A stretch of DNA of 62,595 nt, the filler included, from Bipalium vagum (taxonomy: Eukaryota): assembly GCA_037834085.1 (NCBI GenBank). It is 3 parts of 3 records of this genome, joined end to end, with 100 filler letters (N's around TTAATTAATTAA, not from the genome) between each part and the next. Parts side by side here need not be neighbours in the genome. Positions count along the whole stretch, not along the records: positions 1 to 19,343 come from JBBMKC010004831.1; positions 19,444 to 38,621 come from JBBMKC010008263.1; 1 more part is not named here. One strand, given 5' to 3'. The stretch's first letter is position 1. The number at the start of each line of letters is the position of its first letter. Positions 11,967-23,490 of the stretch are shown here, in pieces. The notes under the pieces were generated by a model. That model was not told the DNA's origin, searched no databases, and worked only from the letters and a program-made list of their open reading frames with translations. A program made the position numbers and the translations under genes.

Positions 11967-12550
11967 CAGTGAAAGGTGCATAAATGAACGCCCTTGTTAG
12001 CTGAAAACCTCTTTTATTTGAACATTTAATTCCGTACTGTAAATATAAGTTATTGTCACCTGTGTTGATTGAAAACCTGTATACTTTAAAATTTGAACGC
12101 TTATGAAAAATTTTTTGAATTAAAATTACCTGTTAAATTCAAAAAAAAATTGAAACTTTGTTTAAATAATAAAAAAATTGCATCATAAATTTAAATTTAA
12201 TGGCATGTCTAAAAATCTTATCCGATTATATAATTTTAAATGACTTAGATTCACCAATACCTTCTTTATCTGAATTACAACGAATAATATTATCTAAAAA
12301 GATAACTGATTTGAAAACAACCACCATTGATCAATATTTTAATAAAGAATAAATGTTTACATATTCGTTATTTAATTTTGTAGTACTTTAAATTGTTAAA
12401 TTTAATTACCATATATTTTTTTTCAAAAACTTGTAAAATTGAACAAAAGTGTAAACAGATGTGTAATCTAACCTGTTAAGCTTGAACACCTCTCTAATTT
12501 GAACTTTTCAGCAAGGACACTATGGTGTTAAATTTAAGCAGGTTTCACTG
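11967..12550 (+). mobile_element. pogo/Tigger-type non-autonomous element (584 bp)
   Basis: TA-CAGTGAAAGGTGCATAAATGAAC ... GTTAAATTTAAGCAGGTTTCACTG-TA: imperfect TIRs with TA duplication. Subterminal ACCTnT...TTGAAC repeats. Internal LKTTTIDQYFNKE* resembles a pogo transposase C-terminus. Confidence 0.8.
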
Positions 12551-13969
12551 TAGTTAAAGAAAGGCAAATTTGAAATTTTATTTTTAAAAAAATTGATAAG
12601 ACTATTCTAGGACAAGGTGATATTAATAAAATTCTAAAATAAAATGGTTTTTTGAGAGAAAGAGAGAAGGTTGAGAATCACTACAATTTGAATGAGCTAT
12701 ATATTTGAATCAGACTTCATCTAAATTAATATTTCATTTAAAATATGAAAATATAGCCAAAGAATTTCAAATCAAAAAATCTTAATTTTTTAAAATCATA
12801 ATCTGATTTATTTGATCAAATTAGGAAATTAAAAAAACTACCTATTCCATGGCATTTAAATCAAATGAGATCCAAATCTTTTAATTAATTAGATCGTATA
12901 AACAATTTACACGTTGTCTATTAATTAATAAATAAACGTGGTTAAATAATTTTAAATTTAAATATTTTGATTAAAGAAACAGTACTTCTGGGTAATGATA
13001 ATACTTCATTAATTAATATCGGAATTTTTTATGCTTCATCTAAAATTTAATTAAATTTCTAAAAAAAACTTTTTCCCAGAATAAATTAAAAGATTCATGA
13101 TTCATAATTGAAGAAATATAAAGACTTGATGAAAATAACCACTTAACTACTGGTTTTTGGCCAGATGCATCTTTTATGTTGTCAATAGGTCGATATGGTA
13201 ATGAGGAAGCAATATCCAAATTGGAAATGAACAGTCGTAAACTTTGATTTATTTATTTTACCCTTAAGGAGTAATTCTACAATTCGCCGTGTCACAGGAC
13301 AAATAGATAATTATAAATAAAATCTCTTTGACACATTTTGAAGACTTCGTTCTCCTCAAATGAAAATTTCAATGTGAAATTAATAAAAGCTTGCATCACC
13401 AGTAACCCTTTGTAAAAATGTTATTGGGATAAAAGAATTTTTCGTGTGATAAATGAGACAGCTTTAATGATTAGTTATTTAAGATTCAGTCAGCACAAAT
13501 CAAGTTTTATAAAATTCGGTATTTGTAAAAAATTCCCAGAATGGATCTTGGTTTATTTTTGTAAAATAAATCAAATAATTTTAATGAAGAAATCACAGAA
13601 AGGAGTTTGAATTTCCGGATAAAATCTTCAAATATTGTTGACATCTAAAACCAATTTTCTTTAATTAATTACAATAATGTTTCAACGAAAATAAATATTT
13701 ATTTTAGTAAGATGATATCAGAAATTTTATGTCTTTAAAGGAAAAATTCATAAAGTCTGTCTGAAAAAGAAGTTTTTAGATTGGAGAATCAAATATTTTC
13801 AATGGATTACTTTTTAATTCACTTGTCTAAATTAACTGTCCAATTTTCTTTTTAAAAAACTTTTTAATTAAAATAAGTGAAAATATTAAGGATATTTGTT
13901 TTAATAATATTATTGATTTCGGAATTTGAATTCTAGCTCGCCATAATTAAATTTTGCTGAAGAAATGGA

Positions 13970-14500
13970 TATGATGAAATGAGGATTAAATCATTACGAC
14001 ATCTTACTTGAAAATAATTCCGTGACAGCAAGTACTAATTTTCAAAAAGTTTGTGGATTCAGACACGGGTTCGCAAAATTCAGACCTGGCAAATCATGCC
14101 TTAAAAATGAACAAAGAGGTAGACCTAGAACAAAAATGTTTTGAAGGATTTAATTAATCAAGAAACTTGACAAGCATAACTCGATATTGGAAGGCACTGT
14201 ATGTTCATCATATGACAGGTTTGTGTTATCATCATTAGATTGGTAAAGTCACAAAGTTGAAAAAATTGATGCCTTATGAGATGATTGAAAAAAAACAATT
14301 AAACCGTTTGGATTCATGCTCAAGAAATCTGAAAAAAAAAACAAAATAGATTCTCTTCTTGAGAGTTTAGAAGCTGTGATGAAAAATGAATCTCCTACGA
14401 CAATTGAAAAAGATCGTACTATTGGCTTGACAAAAGTGAATCCCCAAAATCTGTTCTAAAGCTCCTAATATTGATAATCAGTCTGGTTCAGTTTCTATAG
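13970..14500 (+). mobile_element. Mariner remnant
   Basis: LRHL, FAKFRPG, LKNEQRGRP, CDEK*ISYDN motifs with many lesions. Confidence 0.75.
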
Positions 14501-15439
14501 AGACATGTTTTTGCTCAAAGTCAAGGTTTTTTAAAATCTGGAATGTTTATTTTGATATATAAAATATTTTATGAAACCTTTTCCTCACTATTAATATCAA
14601 CCTGTTTGGAATCCATAAAATTAAGTCGTTTTAAATAATTTATTATGTCACAAACAAATGGACAATATGTTTAAAAAATTCATCGAACCATGGGATTTTA
14701 ATATATCAATTTTTAAAAATACGTTTACGTCTTAATTATACATAAATATGGTGCACATTGTTAATTAAATAAATTTATTATTTTATTTAACTAAGTTCTA
14801 TAATAAATTAATTAGAACATTAAATTAACTTTCAAAATATTACTATAACTTTATTAATATTTTTATTGTTAATTAAAGACTCTTACGAATCAATTTTTGA
14901 ACATTCAAAATATCATCCTATTTCCTCTTCATCTGTGTTCTTGAAAGAAGTGATTGTTGAACGAAAATAATGAGTATTGTATTTCTTTTAACAGACTTCT
15001 GAAAACGATTAATAACTGAATGCATCTAATCCAATATATCTGGACAATGTTTCTCTTCACGACATCGAAGTTTCATAAAACTCTTCCTCGCATGAATGAT
15101 TCTAAATATATTAAGAATTATGTACTCGTATTCTTTTACATATGAACAAACTCCTATTTTCTCCATTTAATTTCTGTGTCTTGGGCAATAAATTTATATT
15201 TATTAAAATATATATACGAAAAAATAATGAAAAAATATATACTGAAATAAGTATTTATCTCTTCTTCACTGTTTATCGATCTTACTCCTTAAAGTTATTT
15301 AAATAAAAATTAATTTACTTTTACTAAAAATTTTCCATTATTTCAAAAAATATAATAATTTTTGTTAATTCATTCATCAATTGATGTTCCTCCTAAAAAT
15401 ATATAAAATGAATGATTTTTTCACAAGATTGTTAAGGTG

Positions 15440-15800
15440 TAAGAAAAAAAAATATATATGTTTATTGCGAAAACCCAAAAATGAAAGAATTTTTATTCTT
15501 TCAATTAAACTGTCTGAGAGTATTGTGAAGCGCATATTCACCCAAACAAACTTTTGCTGTGGATTTGACGAGACTACCTTAGGAGTGGACAAATTACGAG
15601 TTGCTGAAACAGTAGCACATGAAAGGTACATAACCCAATTAATTACCTGAAAGAAGCACTTCATAAAAATATACCACTTAATTGTCGTGGAAAAGGCTTC
15701 TGCATGACAATACCAGACAACATAGGTCAAAGCGCGCTATGCATCATCTTTCCTCTTGGTGTTGGAAGGTTCTTCCTCATGCGGGTTAATCACCGATGAT
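15440..15800 (+). mobile_element. Mariner remnant (catalytic region)
   Basis: ETVAHERYITQL, LHDNTRQH, WKVLPHAG*SP. Confidence 0.7.
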
Positions 15801-16130
15801 GATGCAGATTGTTTCGCAGAATAATTTTTAGTTATATCTTGTAAAAAATCAATATTTTCTTTATCTATGTTTTTTGCTTTTTATTAATATTGATCATAGA
15901 CACACTTTCAACTTGTAGACCTAATAATACCTATTGGAGTGAACAAACTTTATACTGATCCTTATTAAGTAATATTACAGTAATATCAGAAAATTTTAAT
16001 TAATAGTAAAACAGTTTCATGATTATATGCCTCAAGCCTTTACCGGTGAGCTTTCCCTTTCCTGAACAAATTTTACAAAATAAATTCTTTTAAAATATTT
16101 GAATAAATGAAATGTTTTCTCATGTTACAG

Positions 16131-16905
16131 ATATATTGCCATACTTTTCCCCTTGCATGCTCATATTCTGTGTAGCAAAAGACGTATGATCATCCTCCTG
16201 ATATCGATCTGGATAAGCGCCGGCTTATGTGGCTTGCCGACTGTGATTTTCGTCAATATTTTCATTCCAAACCTTCAAAATGGTGATCGAAAGGATCCAG
16301 AGATAATATGCATTAGAACATTTTCCAATAATAAAACAGATCATCTCAAAATTCTTTCAATCTTTCGTTATTTTGAGTTTTTCTTATACTATCTCATCCC
16401 AATATTTATCCAGATCATTCTTTATATTAAAATCTACAGAGCATTATTCAGAAACGATTATTCGAATCATTTAAGACTATCGTCTCTGCAAAGTCAGTTC
16501 CGGAAAAGAAAAATGACCAAATCTTTTAACGAGGACGCCAAATCTTGCGTTAGCGAGGTGGAATTAATAAATGCCGATGGCGTCTTGAATGACTGCCTTT
16601 CCAATAACAGTCCCCCCCAGAAAAATGTGACCCATAATAATGTGAAGATCAACATTTCTTCTGTCAATACTCGCAAACAAGTAGTTAAAATGCTCATTGC
16701 CTGCGTCAGTACGTATTTCATCTGCTTTTCTCCAAATATAGTGCCATTATTGTGTTCCTCAAAAACAACCGAAGCTTACAAAGATCATTTTGATGTTCTG
16801 ATAATAACCTTGACTTATGCCAACTCAGCTGCTAATCCGATTCTCTACAGCATTTTCTCGAAAAGATTTCGAACCAAATTTCTAGAGGCTCTCAGTTGTT
16901 TCTAA
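16131..16905 (+). CDS. Class A GPCR, exon 2 (ICL2-TM7-helix 8)
   Basis: Acceptor GTTACAG at 16130 restores ERYIAILFPLHAH. Then WISAGLCGLP (TM4), ECL2 Cys, FFLYYLIP (TM5), RKQVVKML..FICFSP (TM6), NSAANPILY (TM7), SKRFR. Spliced length 1122 nt = 373 aa. Confidence 0.93.
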
Positions 16906-17996
16906 CATCACGAACATTTCGTTTTCACCAATCTTTTTGGATCATTCGTAATCATAAAACCTCAACGATTTGCGAATTCCTTCATTACCAAACAATAATA
17001 ATATTTATGATATTTTTAATTATTATTGTCGACGGAAGTACAAATTGTCTTCTTATTTTGCCAAGCAATTGACATGTGTCATTCTCTTAATTTTAAGATT
17101 TTTCTCTAATTTTTTTGTTTTAATGTTACTTTAGCATTTTGATAAAACCATATTTTAAATCTTAATATTTTTTTAGAAATACGTTTAATTAGAGAGTAAT
17201 TAAAATTTAATTAATCCAATGGTAATTAAAATAATTTCATATTTTAGTAAAACTAATTTGAATAAATTGACCTTAAAAATCTTAACACTAAAACATGTGC
17301 ACGAAATAAATTTTTCGAAAAAAACACTAAAACGTAGAGATATTAAATAATATACAAATTGTTTAAATACACCACTAATCGGTGTTGTCTTAGTCATAAT
17401 GTAAATAAAATTCAAACAGCAAATCAATTTTATTTATGACAATGGCTTTGCCACAATGGGATACTATAGTATATATACAATATTGTATATTATTATACAT
17501 GTAATAATAGTAACAACAATAATAATAATACATGTATATATACAAAACATACAAATAATGTTCTAATTATATAATTTTCTATTGCTGTTAAATTGTTTTT
17601 AATAATATATATTGTTGTTTTAATCAAAGCGTTTAATTTTTCATTATACATTGTTTTCGACTAAGTCATTTCGTAAACATGCTTTATTATTTGTTAATTT
17701 TTTTATCCCAATATGAGATTGAGGGTTTTAAATATGGATAAGAACAAAAAAACGTTTGTTTTATTGATCAAACTATTTTTTAAGTACATCACAAAGAAAG
17801 TGATACTAATTGATTTACTCCATTTTTATAGAGAGCAGAGTAAAGATAACTTCATAGTAATTTACCGGAATTATAAAGCTTAGTAATTATAAATACCAAT
17901 GGAGCTGCATTAATGAGAAATGAGACAATGACATGGGTTGAACGTAATTTTAAGATACGTAAGATACTTTTAATTATATTAGGTTATATTTAGTTT

Positions 17997-18190
17997 GTGT
18001 ATATGTTTATTCAGAAAAGCAAGGATAAATTAGGAATCCGTATATTTCTGAAACATTACTGGAAGCAGAATTTCAGAGCCATAGATGCTGCAAAGAAAAT
18101 ATGTGAAGTTGAAGGCGACAAATCAGTGTCCATAAGAACTGCTCAAAAGTGGTTTAAAAAATTCAATAAGGATGACATAGACCTCAACGA
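17997..18190 (+). mobile_element. Mariner N-terminal HTH fragment
   Basis: IRIFLKHYWKQNFRAIDAAKKICEVEGDKSVSIRTAQKWFKKFNKDDIDLND; truncated before the GRP linker. Confidence 0.85.
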
Positions 18191-19343
18191 TTATTTGATT
18201 TATATTTTAACTTGGTATTCCTCAAACAACGAAGTTAAGGTCAGACAAAGAAATTTGGTGAGCATTAATTGTTTATGGTTGTAACGAATTCACACATTTT
18301 CCTGAAAATCAAATTTCTAAGATTTCTACATATCAGATTTTGGTTTACAGAGTTCTACCTTTTCAATTATTTGAGTTACGGACCTTGCCAAAAGCAGTCA
18401 CTGCAATCCTTCAAGAAATCACTTTTGGATCTTGTGTTCTCCAAAGATTTGTTAACAAAAATGAAAACCTTTCTACTCGATATCATTATTTGATCTTAAT
18501 AATGAGAAATAAAATCCTTTGGATCATAAATGACATTTCGATAGAGGCATCACCACTAATTCTGTGCACAACGTATTTCCTTGTAATTTTAATAAAAAAA
18601 TGATTGATGGTTGTTAACAAAATATTATATTACTTTGAGTAAGTGATAAATAAAGAATAAAATCTCCATAATTAGGGCTTAATAACTTCAGATAACAGAT
18701 TATTCGTTATATCACGGGAATAATTAACTATATTTTACGCTTCTCTTCCCGAAAATCTAGTTTTACCACCAAAGGATGGTGGAGAATATCAATTATACAG
18801 TCCCGATGTGATAAGGCAATCAATGTCACTTGTGTAAAAGTCGAAATCAAGTCTGGCTAAAGAAATTAGGTAGGGATATTCAACAATGTATAAGATGGGC
18901 ATTCATTAAAACTATTACCATTTTGTCTGATTTTATGGAAAATGAAAAAAGAAAAATCGAAGATAGAAATAATTTGTTTCATTACTTAATAATTAGGAGA
19001 AAATTTATGAAAAAATTTTTAGAAATATTCACCAATAAATACCGAGAAAGTCAAATAACATTTATGGTTATTAAAGCTTACCACAATGTATCCATCAGGA
19101 TATAATTTGGAGGTAACGATTTTTTTATCGGATAATGTTTTAACCAGGTAAAGATTAAATTTAAATTAACCTTAAAAATAAATTTTAAGGTAATGAATAA
19201 CACAAAATAGTAAATTAAAAGTTTAATAAATTTTAAAATAATTAAATAAATATATAGTATAAATCAATATATCATATAAATAGATATATAATATAAATAA
19301 ATAATATAAATAAATATATAATATAAATAAATAATATAAATAA

Positions 19344-19443
19344 NNNNNNNNNNNNNNNNNNNNNNNNNNNNNNNNNNNNNNNNNNNNTTAATTAATTAAN
19401 NNNNNNNNNNNNNNNNNNNNNNNNNNNNNNNNNNNNNNNNNNN
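19344..19443. other. Assembly gap with artificial TTAATTAATTAA spacer
   Basis: 44 N + TTAATTAATTAA (19388-19399) + 44 N = 100 nt. An identical construct occurs at 38622-38721. Confidence 0.95.
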
Positions 19444-19574
19444 TATGATGCCATGTTTGTAAATAAAAATATATAAATATTATCACAAATATTTTGCAAT
19501 AAAGTATCAAAAGATTGACAATTTTCCTTGTTATTTTCCAAATGTACGAAAGAGGAAACTACCCAGTCATATAT

Positions 19575-19661
19575 ATTTTTACCTCGACTTATATAAGAGT
19601 CACGGTTTTTCACAGAATTTCCCATATTCCCCCCTCGACTTATATTTTAGTATCTACGGTA
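19575..19661. mobile_element. Terminus of a pogo/Tc2-like DNA transposon
   Basis: CCTCGACTTATA occurs twice, followed by ...AGTATCTACGG-TA, i.e. a CCGTA-type TIR with subterminal repeats. The other end may lie in the gap. Confidence 0.5.
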
Positions 19662-20437
19662 TATGATTTATTATTTTTTAAAACTGCAATCGTTTTGCAC
19701 TGTTTCACAAATATCACATTACCTTGAATTCATTTTTAAAAGAAAATAAAAAATAAAAAATATAATATTACTGTATTACCTTACCATACCTTACCGCAAT
19801 TTACTCTACTACTGCGCTTTTCCATATTACCACTAGTACTACAATTACTTAGTAACTTATAGTATAACTATTAATACTACTACAAACTACTATATGTAAA
19901 AAATTTTATGTAGATACTAAAACTAGTCTTTGGGAAAAAGAAACAGTTTCTTTATTATTTTATAAGCGGAGTGAATAAAAGAAATGAAAAAATGTGTCCC
20001 CAAAAAATTTATGTATTTTTTAATAGTCAACCGTTCTAATTAAGAATTTGATACTTAAATTTTCATACTCACCACAGAAATATGACATTTTAATCATATT
20101 AAATATTTTCAGTTTCTTATAACAATTAAAAAAACAGAGTGATATTTGTTTTCTAATTTTTTTGATAAATGTAATAACATGTAATTAAATGTAATGAGAT
20201 AATAAAATTTTAATAATCCTTTTGTAAATTTTGTTTAAATACTATTAAACCTGTTAGTTTTCATTAAATTTGCTTTTAATTTAAGTTAAATTTTTATTAA
20301 CATTAGAATTTAATGAAACTGAAGTTAATAAATATTTTAATATTCAGTACTAATAAAAAAAATATATTTTAAAATTATTTTTAAAAACGAATTTTATTTG
20401 TTCAAATAATAATAATTTTTATATTATATGAATTAAA

Positions 20438-21253
20438 ATGGATAAAGAAGATTTGAGGTGGTATTTGCATAATAAAGAATTTCCTTCAAATTTTGAATTT
20501 AAACGAACAATTGAAAATGAAAAAGTATCCGTTTATAAAAATCGAGAAAATGAAGAAATAGCTGTTAAAAAATATGATTCTAAATATCTAGATCTTCATG
20601 CAGAGCGGTGCTATAATGAAATAAAGATTTTAAAAACCCTCAAGGGCTGTAGATATGTTATTGAGTTCATGGAATCATTCATGGATTCCAACTATAATGT
20701 TTATCTGTTGATGCCGTATTTTCCCTTTGGTGATCTTTTGTGTGTTATGGAAAGAATGGTGAAATTTGAAATTGTCCAGATAAGAAATGTATTAAATCAA
20801 ATGTTAGATTCACTAGATTATTTGCATTCCATGAAAATCATCCACAGAGATATCAAACTAGAAAATATCATAGCTACAAATTCCTCACTATTATTTGATA
20901 TTAAATTGATTGATTTCGAATGTGCTATTATTTTTAATGAAGATTTTCCTCCATGTGATAATGTAGGAACTAACACTTACAAAGCCCCAGAGGTTGAAAA
21001 AAGAAAACCACAGAATTTCAAAGTCGATGTATGGTCATTGGGTGTGGTTATTTATTCAATGAAAACCAGTGATCAATTTTGCCGAAAATCTGCCCTTAAA
21101 CATCCATTAATCAAAGAAGATTCTGATTTGCTTAGCTTGCTAAATGGAATGTTGCACAAAAGCCCTTCAAAACGTTTCTCTGTGGGGAAATGTATGGAAC
21201 ACAAGTGGATTAATATTCTTAAACTATGTAATAACTTTGGTAAGCGTAAATAA
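20438..21253 (+). CDS. Intronless Ser/Thr protein kinase (CAMK-like fold, divergent), 271 aa
   Basis: IAVKK (beta3 Lys), NEIKIL (alphaC Glu), YLLMPYFPFGDL, IIHRDIKLEN, KLIDFE, VGTNTYKAPEV, DVWSLGV, PSKRFS...HKW. Uninterrupted ORF in very AT-rich flanks. Confidence 0.93.
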   Translation: MDKEDLRWYLHNKEFPSNFEFKRTIENEKVSVYKNRENEEIAVKKYDSKYLDLHAERCYNEIKILKTLKGCRYVIEFMESFMDSNYNVYLLMPYFPFGDLLCVMERMVKFEIVQIRNVLNQMLDSLDYLHSMKIIHRDIKLENIIATNSSLLFDIKLIDFECAIIFNEDFPPCDNVGTNTYKAPEVEKRKPQNFKVDVWSLGVVIYSMKTSDQFCRKSALKHPLIKEDSDLLSLLNGMLHKSPSKRFSVGKCMEHKWINILKLCNNFGKRK

Positions 21254-22736
21254 ATGTTATACATTTTTGTGTGCAAAATTTCATATACATGAAAATATTA
21301 ATCAGTGATTTTCTTCATGAATAAATTTTTTTGCTTCTGACGTACATTATATTAGTATTTTTATTTTGTTTTTTGATTTATTTTGTGTCTAATTTAAGTT
21401 GGATTCTTTATAAATTTTTATATAGGATTCTGATATTTTAGAGGTAAAATATATCACAATTGATATAATTTTTTATTAAATTTATATCTGGTAAATCAAT
21501 ATACTTTGATATTCTTTTTATAAATCGATATTTATGTTTCCAGGTGTTTGTTGATCTTTAGTGACTTTAAGCAAATAGTTTCTATGATTTACGACTTAGA
21601 CTGGTATTTATATATATCATTTTTATAACAAATAGAATATTACGCAGAATCTTGTAATTTCTTATTGAAAAGGGACAAAATTGTTAAATGTTCAATGCTT
21701 AATAATTTAAATTTAAAAAATAAAATTTTAAAGTAGATTATAGAGAAAAGAAAATAAACCAGTAAAACTAGAATTCAAATGAAAATTTTTCGAGTAATTT
21801 GTATTATCATTTTCAAAATTTACTTTGAAATGTTGGAAGGATATATATTATAATTTTAAAAATATTGGATTCTTCAAAGGCGTATCTGTGGTGTAGAATA
21901 GTTTAAAGACAACAATATGGCCTGACTAATAATAATTATGCTGGTAAATATAATAATTAAATTCCAATAACATGACTGCCAGTTTTGGGGTTAACCAGCA
22001 TTATTCGTGGTTAACCGAAATCGTGACTCTACATAATTGTTATTAAAAAATAAATCCTAAGGTTTTTTCGAACAAATTATTACATCATTTAGATGCAAGT
22101 TTAACTGTTGATTAACTTTAATTATTACAGTCTGTAATATTACCAAGGAAGAAGAAAGTTGTCCAGAGTTCGTAAACAATCTTACTAAACTAACTTCCGT
22201 TGTGAATTCAGCTGCAGGACCATAATTTTTTGGCCAGATTGTAGTTATTGGCTCATCTAGACAATAGAATATTTATGATGGGAAAAAGTACATAAAACAA
22301 AGTGAAGACAAAAATTTGCTAAGATTAGAGATAAAAGAGACTGATTATTATTAAATCGATTTAATGTTGGAAATTAAAAATTATCAAAAATACTAATTAT
22401 TTATTAAGGAACTGCTGTTATTAAATTTATTTTAGATATTAAATTGAAAAAATTATATTTGCTAAACAACTTGAACATTACATCAAAAATTTTAAATGTT
22501 AAAAAAAATTTATAATATTCATTTTTATTATCGAAAATAATATTAATCATTTAAAAATTAAATAATTGAAGTATGTTTGAAAAAATAAATTATTATTTTA
22601 TTTAAAAATAATTTTTAAAATTATCAAATATTAAGAGCTTTTTATTATTTATTGACAATTCAAAAACCTGGAATAATAAATTAACTTTGTTTAGTTAAAG
22701 TTATGATTTGAATTTCTAATATTTTAAAGTTCTTTA

Positions 22737-22890
22737 ATGGAACGAAGGAAACCCAGAAAAGATCACAATGACAATCCATTTTCTTTCAGAACTTTTTTAA
22801 CTAGTCCTCCTAGTAACGGAGATTCTTCCTTAAATCACTCTCATCAAACAGAAAATTCAAATAATAATTTATTTAACACTCGTCGTCGAG
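22737..22890 (+). CDS. ENTR1: Endosome-associated trafficking regulator 1 (SDCCAG3-like), exon 1
   Basis: MERRKPRKDHNDNPFSFRTFL carries the NPFSFxxF motif of ENTR1/SDCCAG3. Phase-1 donor G|GTTATT at 22891. Confidence 0.8.
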
Positions 22891-22942
22891 GTTATTTTTC
22901 ATTTTTTAAAAAGTATAAATGAAAATCAATTTCTTATAACAG

Positions 22943-23490
22943 AGACAACTGATCGAGTCAATAACCCGTATTCATTTGCTCGGTTTTTATGTTCAAATCC
23001 AGATCCTCCACCTAGGTCTCTAATTGACAGGGGGGATAATTGTATGTTAGTCCAAGGAGAACTTCCTGACTTTGTACAGGATCATTTTAGTTCTTCTAAT
23101 GGTGGATTGAGCAATATTGATAATAACAATCAAAAGAACGGGCTTCCCGATTTTACTCATCACATAACAATTGATGACACAATTTCCAATTTGTCATCAC
23201 CATTTTACAGTCATCGATCCGACTTTCATCTGCTATCATCATCTTCTCTATTGGAAAACAGTAATCAACAATTGTCCAACAATTCCACCAATATTACCAC
23301 AGGAGCTGTTCCTGCTCCAAACATAGAACTATTGCGACTGTCAGGATCGAATTCAACAAATTTGCCAGATTTTCTGTCCGATACCGGTATAAATATTGTC
23401 TCTAAAGACAATAATGATCAATCATTGCCATCTTTAAACGGTGATCTCATATTTCAAAGCCAGAATTCATATCCAATTGGCGCTGACTAT
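22943..23490 (+). CDS. ENTR1: ENTR1/SDCCAG3-like, exon 2 (low-complexity region, NPYSF and LPDF motifs)
   Basis: 52-nt intron ends AACAG at 22942. The frame runs continuously into ORF 23044-23499 (NPYSFARFL, ELPDFVQDH, GLPDF, NLPDFLSD). Phase-0 donor GTGAGC at 23491. Confidence 0.82.

Noticed and set aside
19262-19343. About 31-nt AT-only tandem repeat, and other spaced short repeats, as CRISPR-like arrays
   Set aside because: Low-complexity sequence beside a gap, no unique spacers, eukaryotic context and no cas genes.
19388-19399. Perfect palindrome TTAATTAATTAA between N runs, repeated at 38666-38677
   Set aside because: Identical 44N-12-44N construct with stops in all six frames: an assembly spacer, not biology. 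Order and distance across these gaps are uncertain.
22130-22352. Exon-like frame CNITKEEESCPEFVNNLTKLTSVVNSAAGP* after TTACAG
   Set aside because: In-frame stops follow, no recognisable family and no partner exons found.
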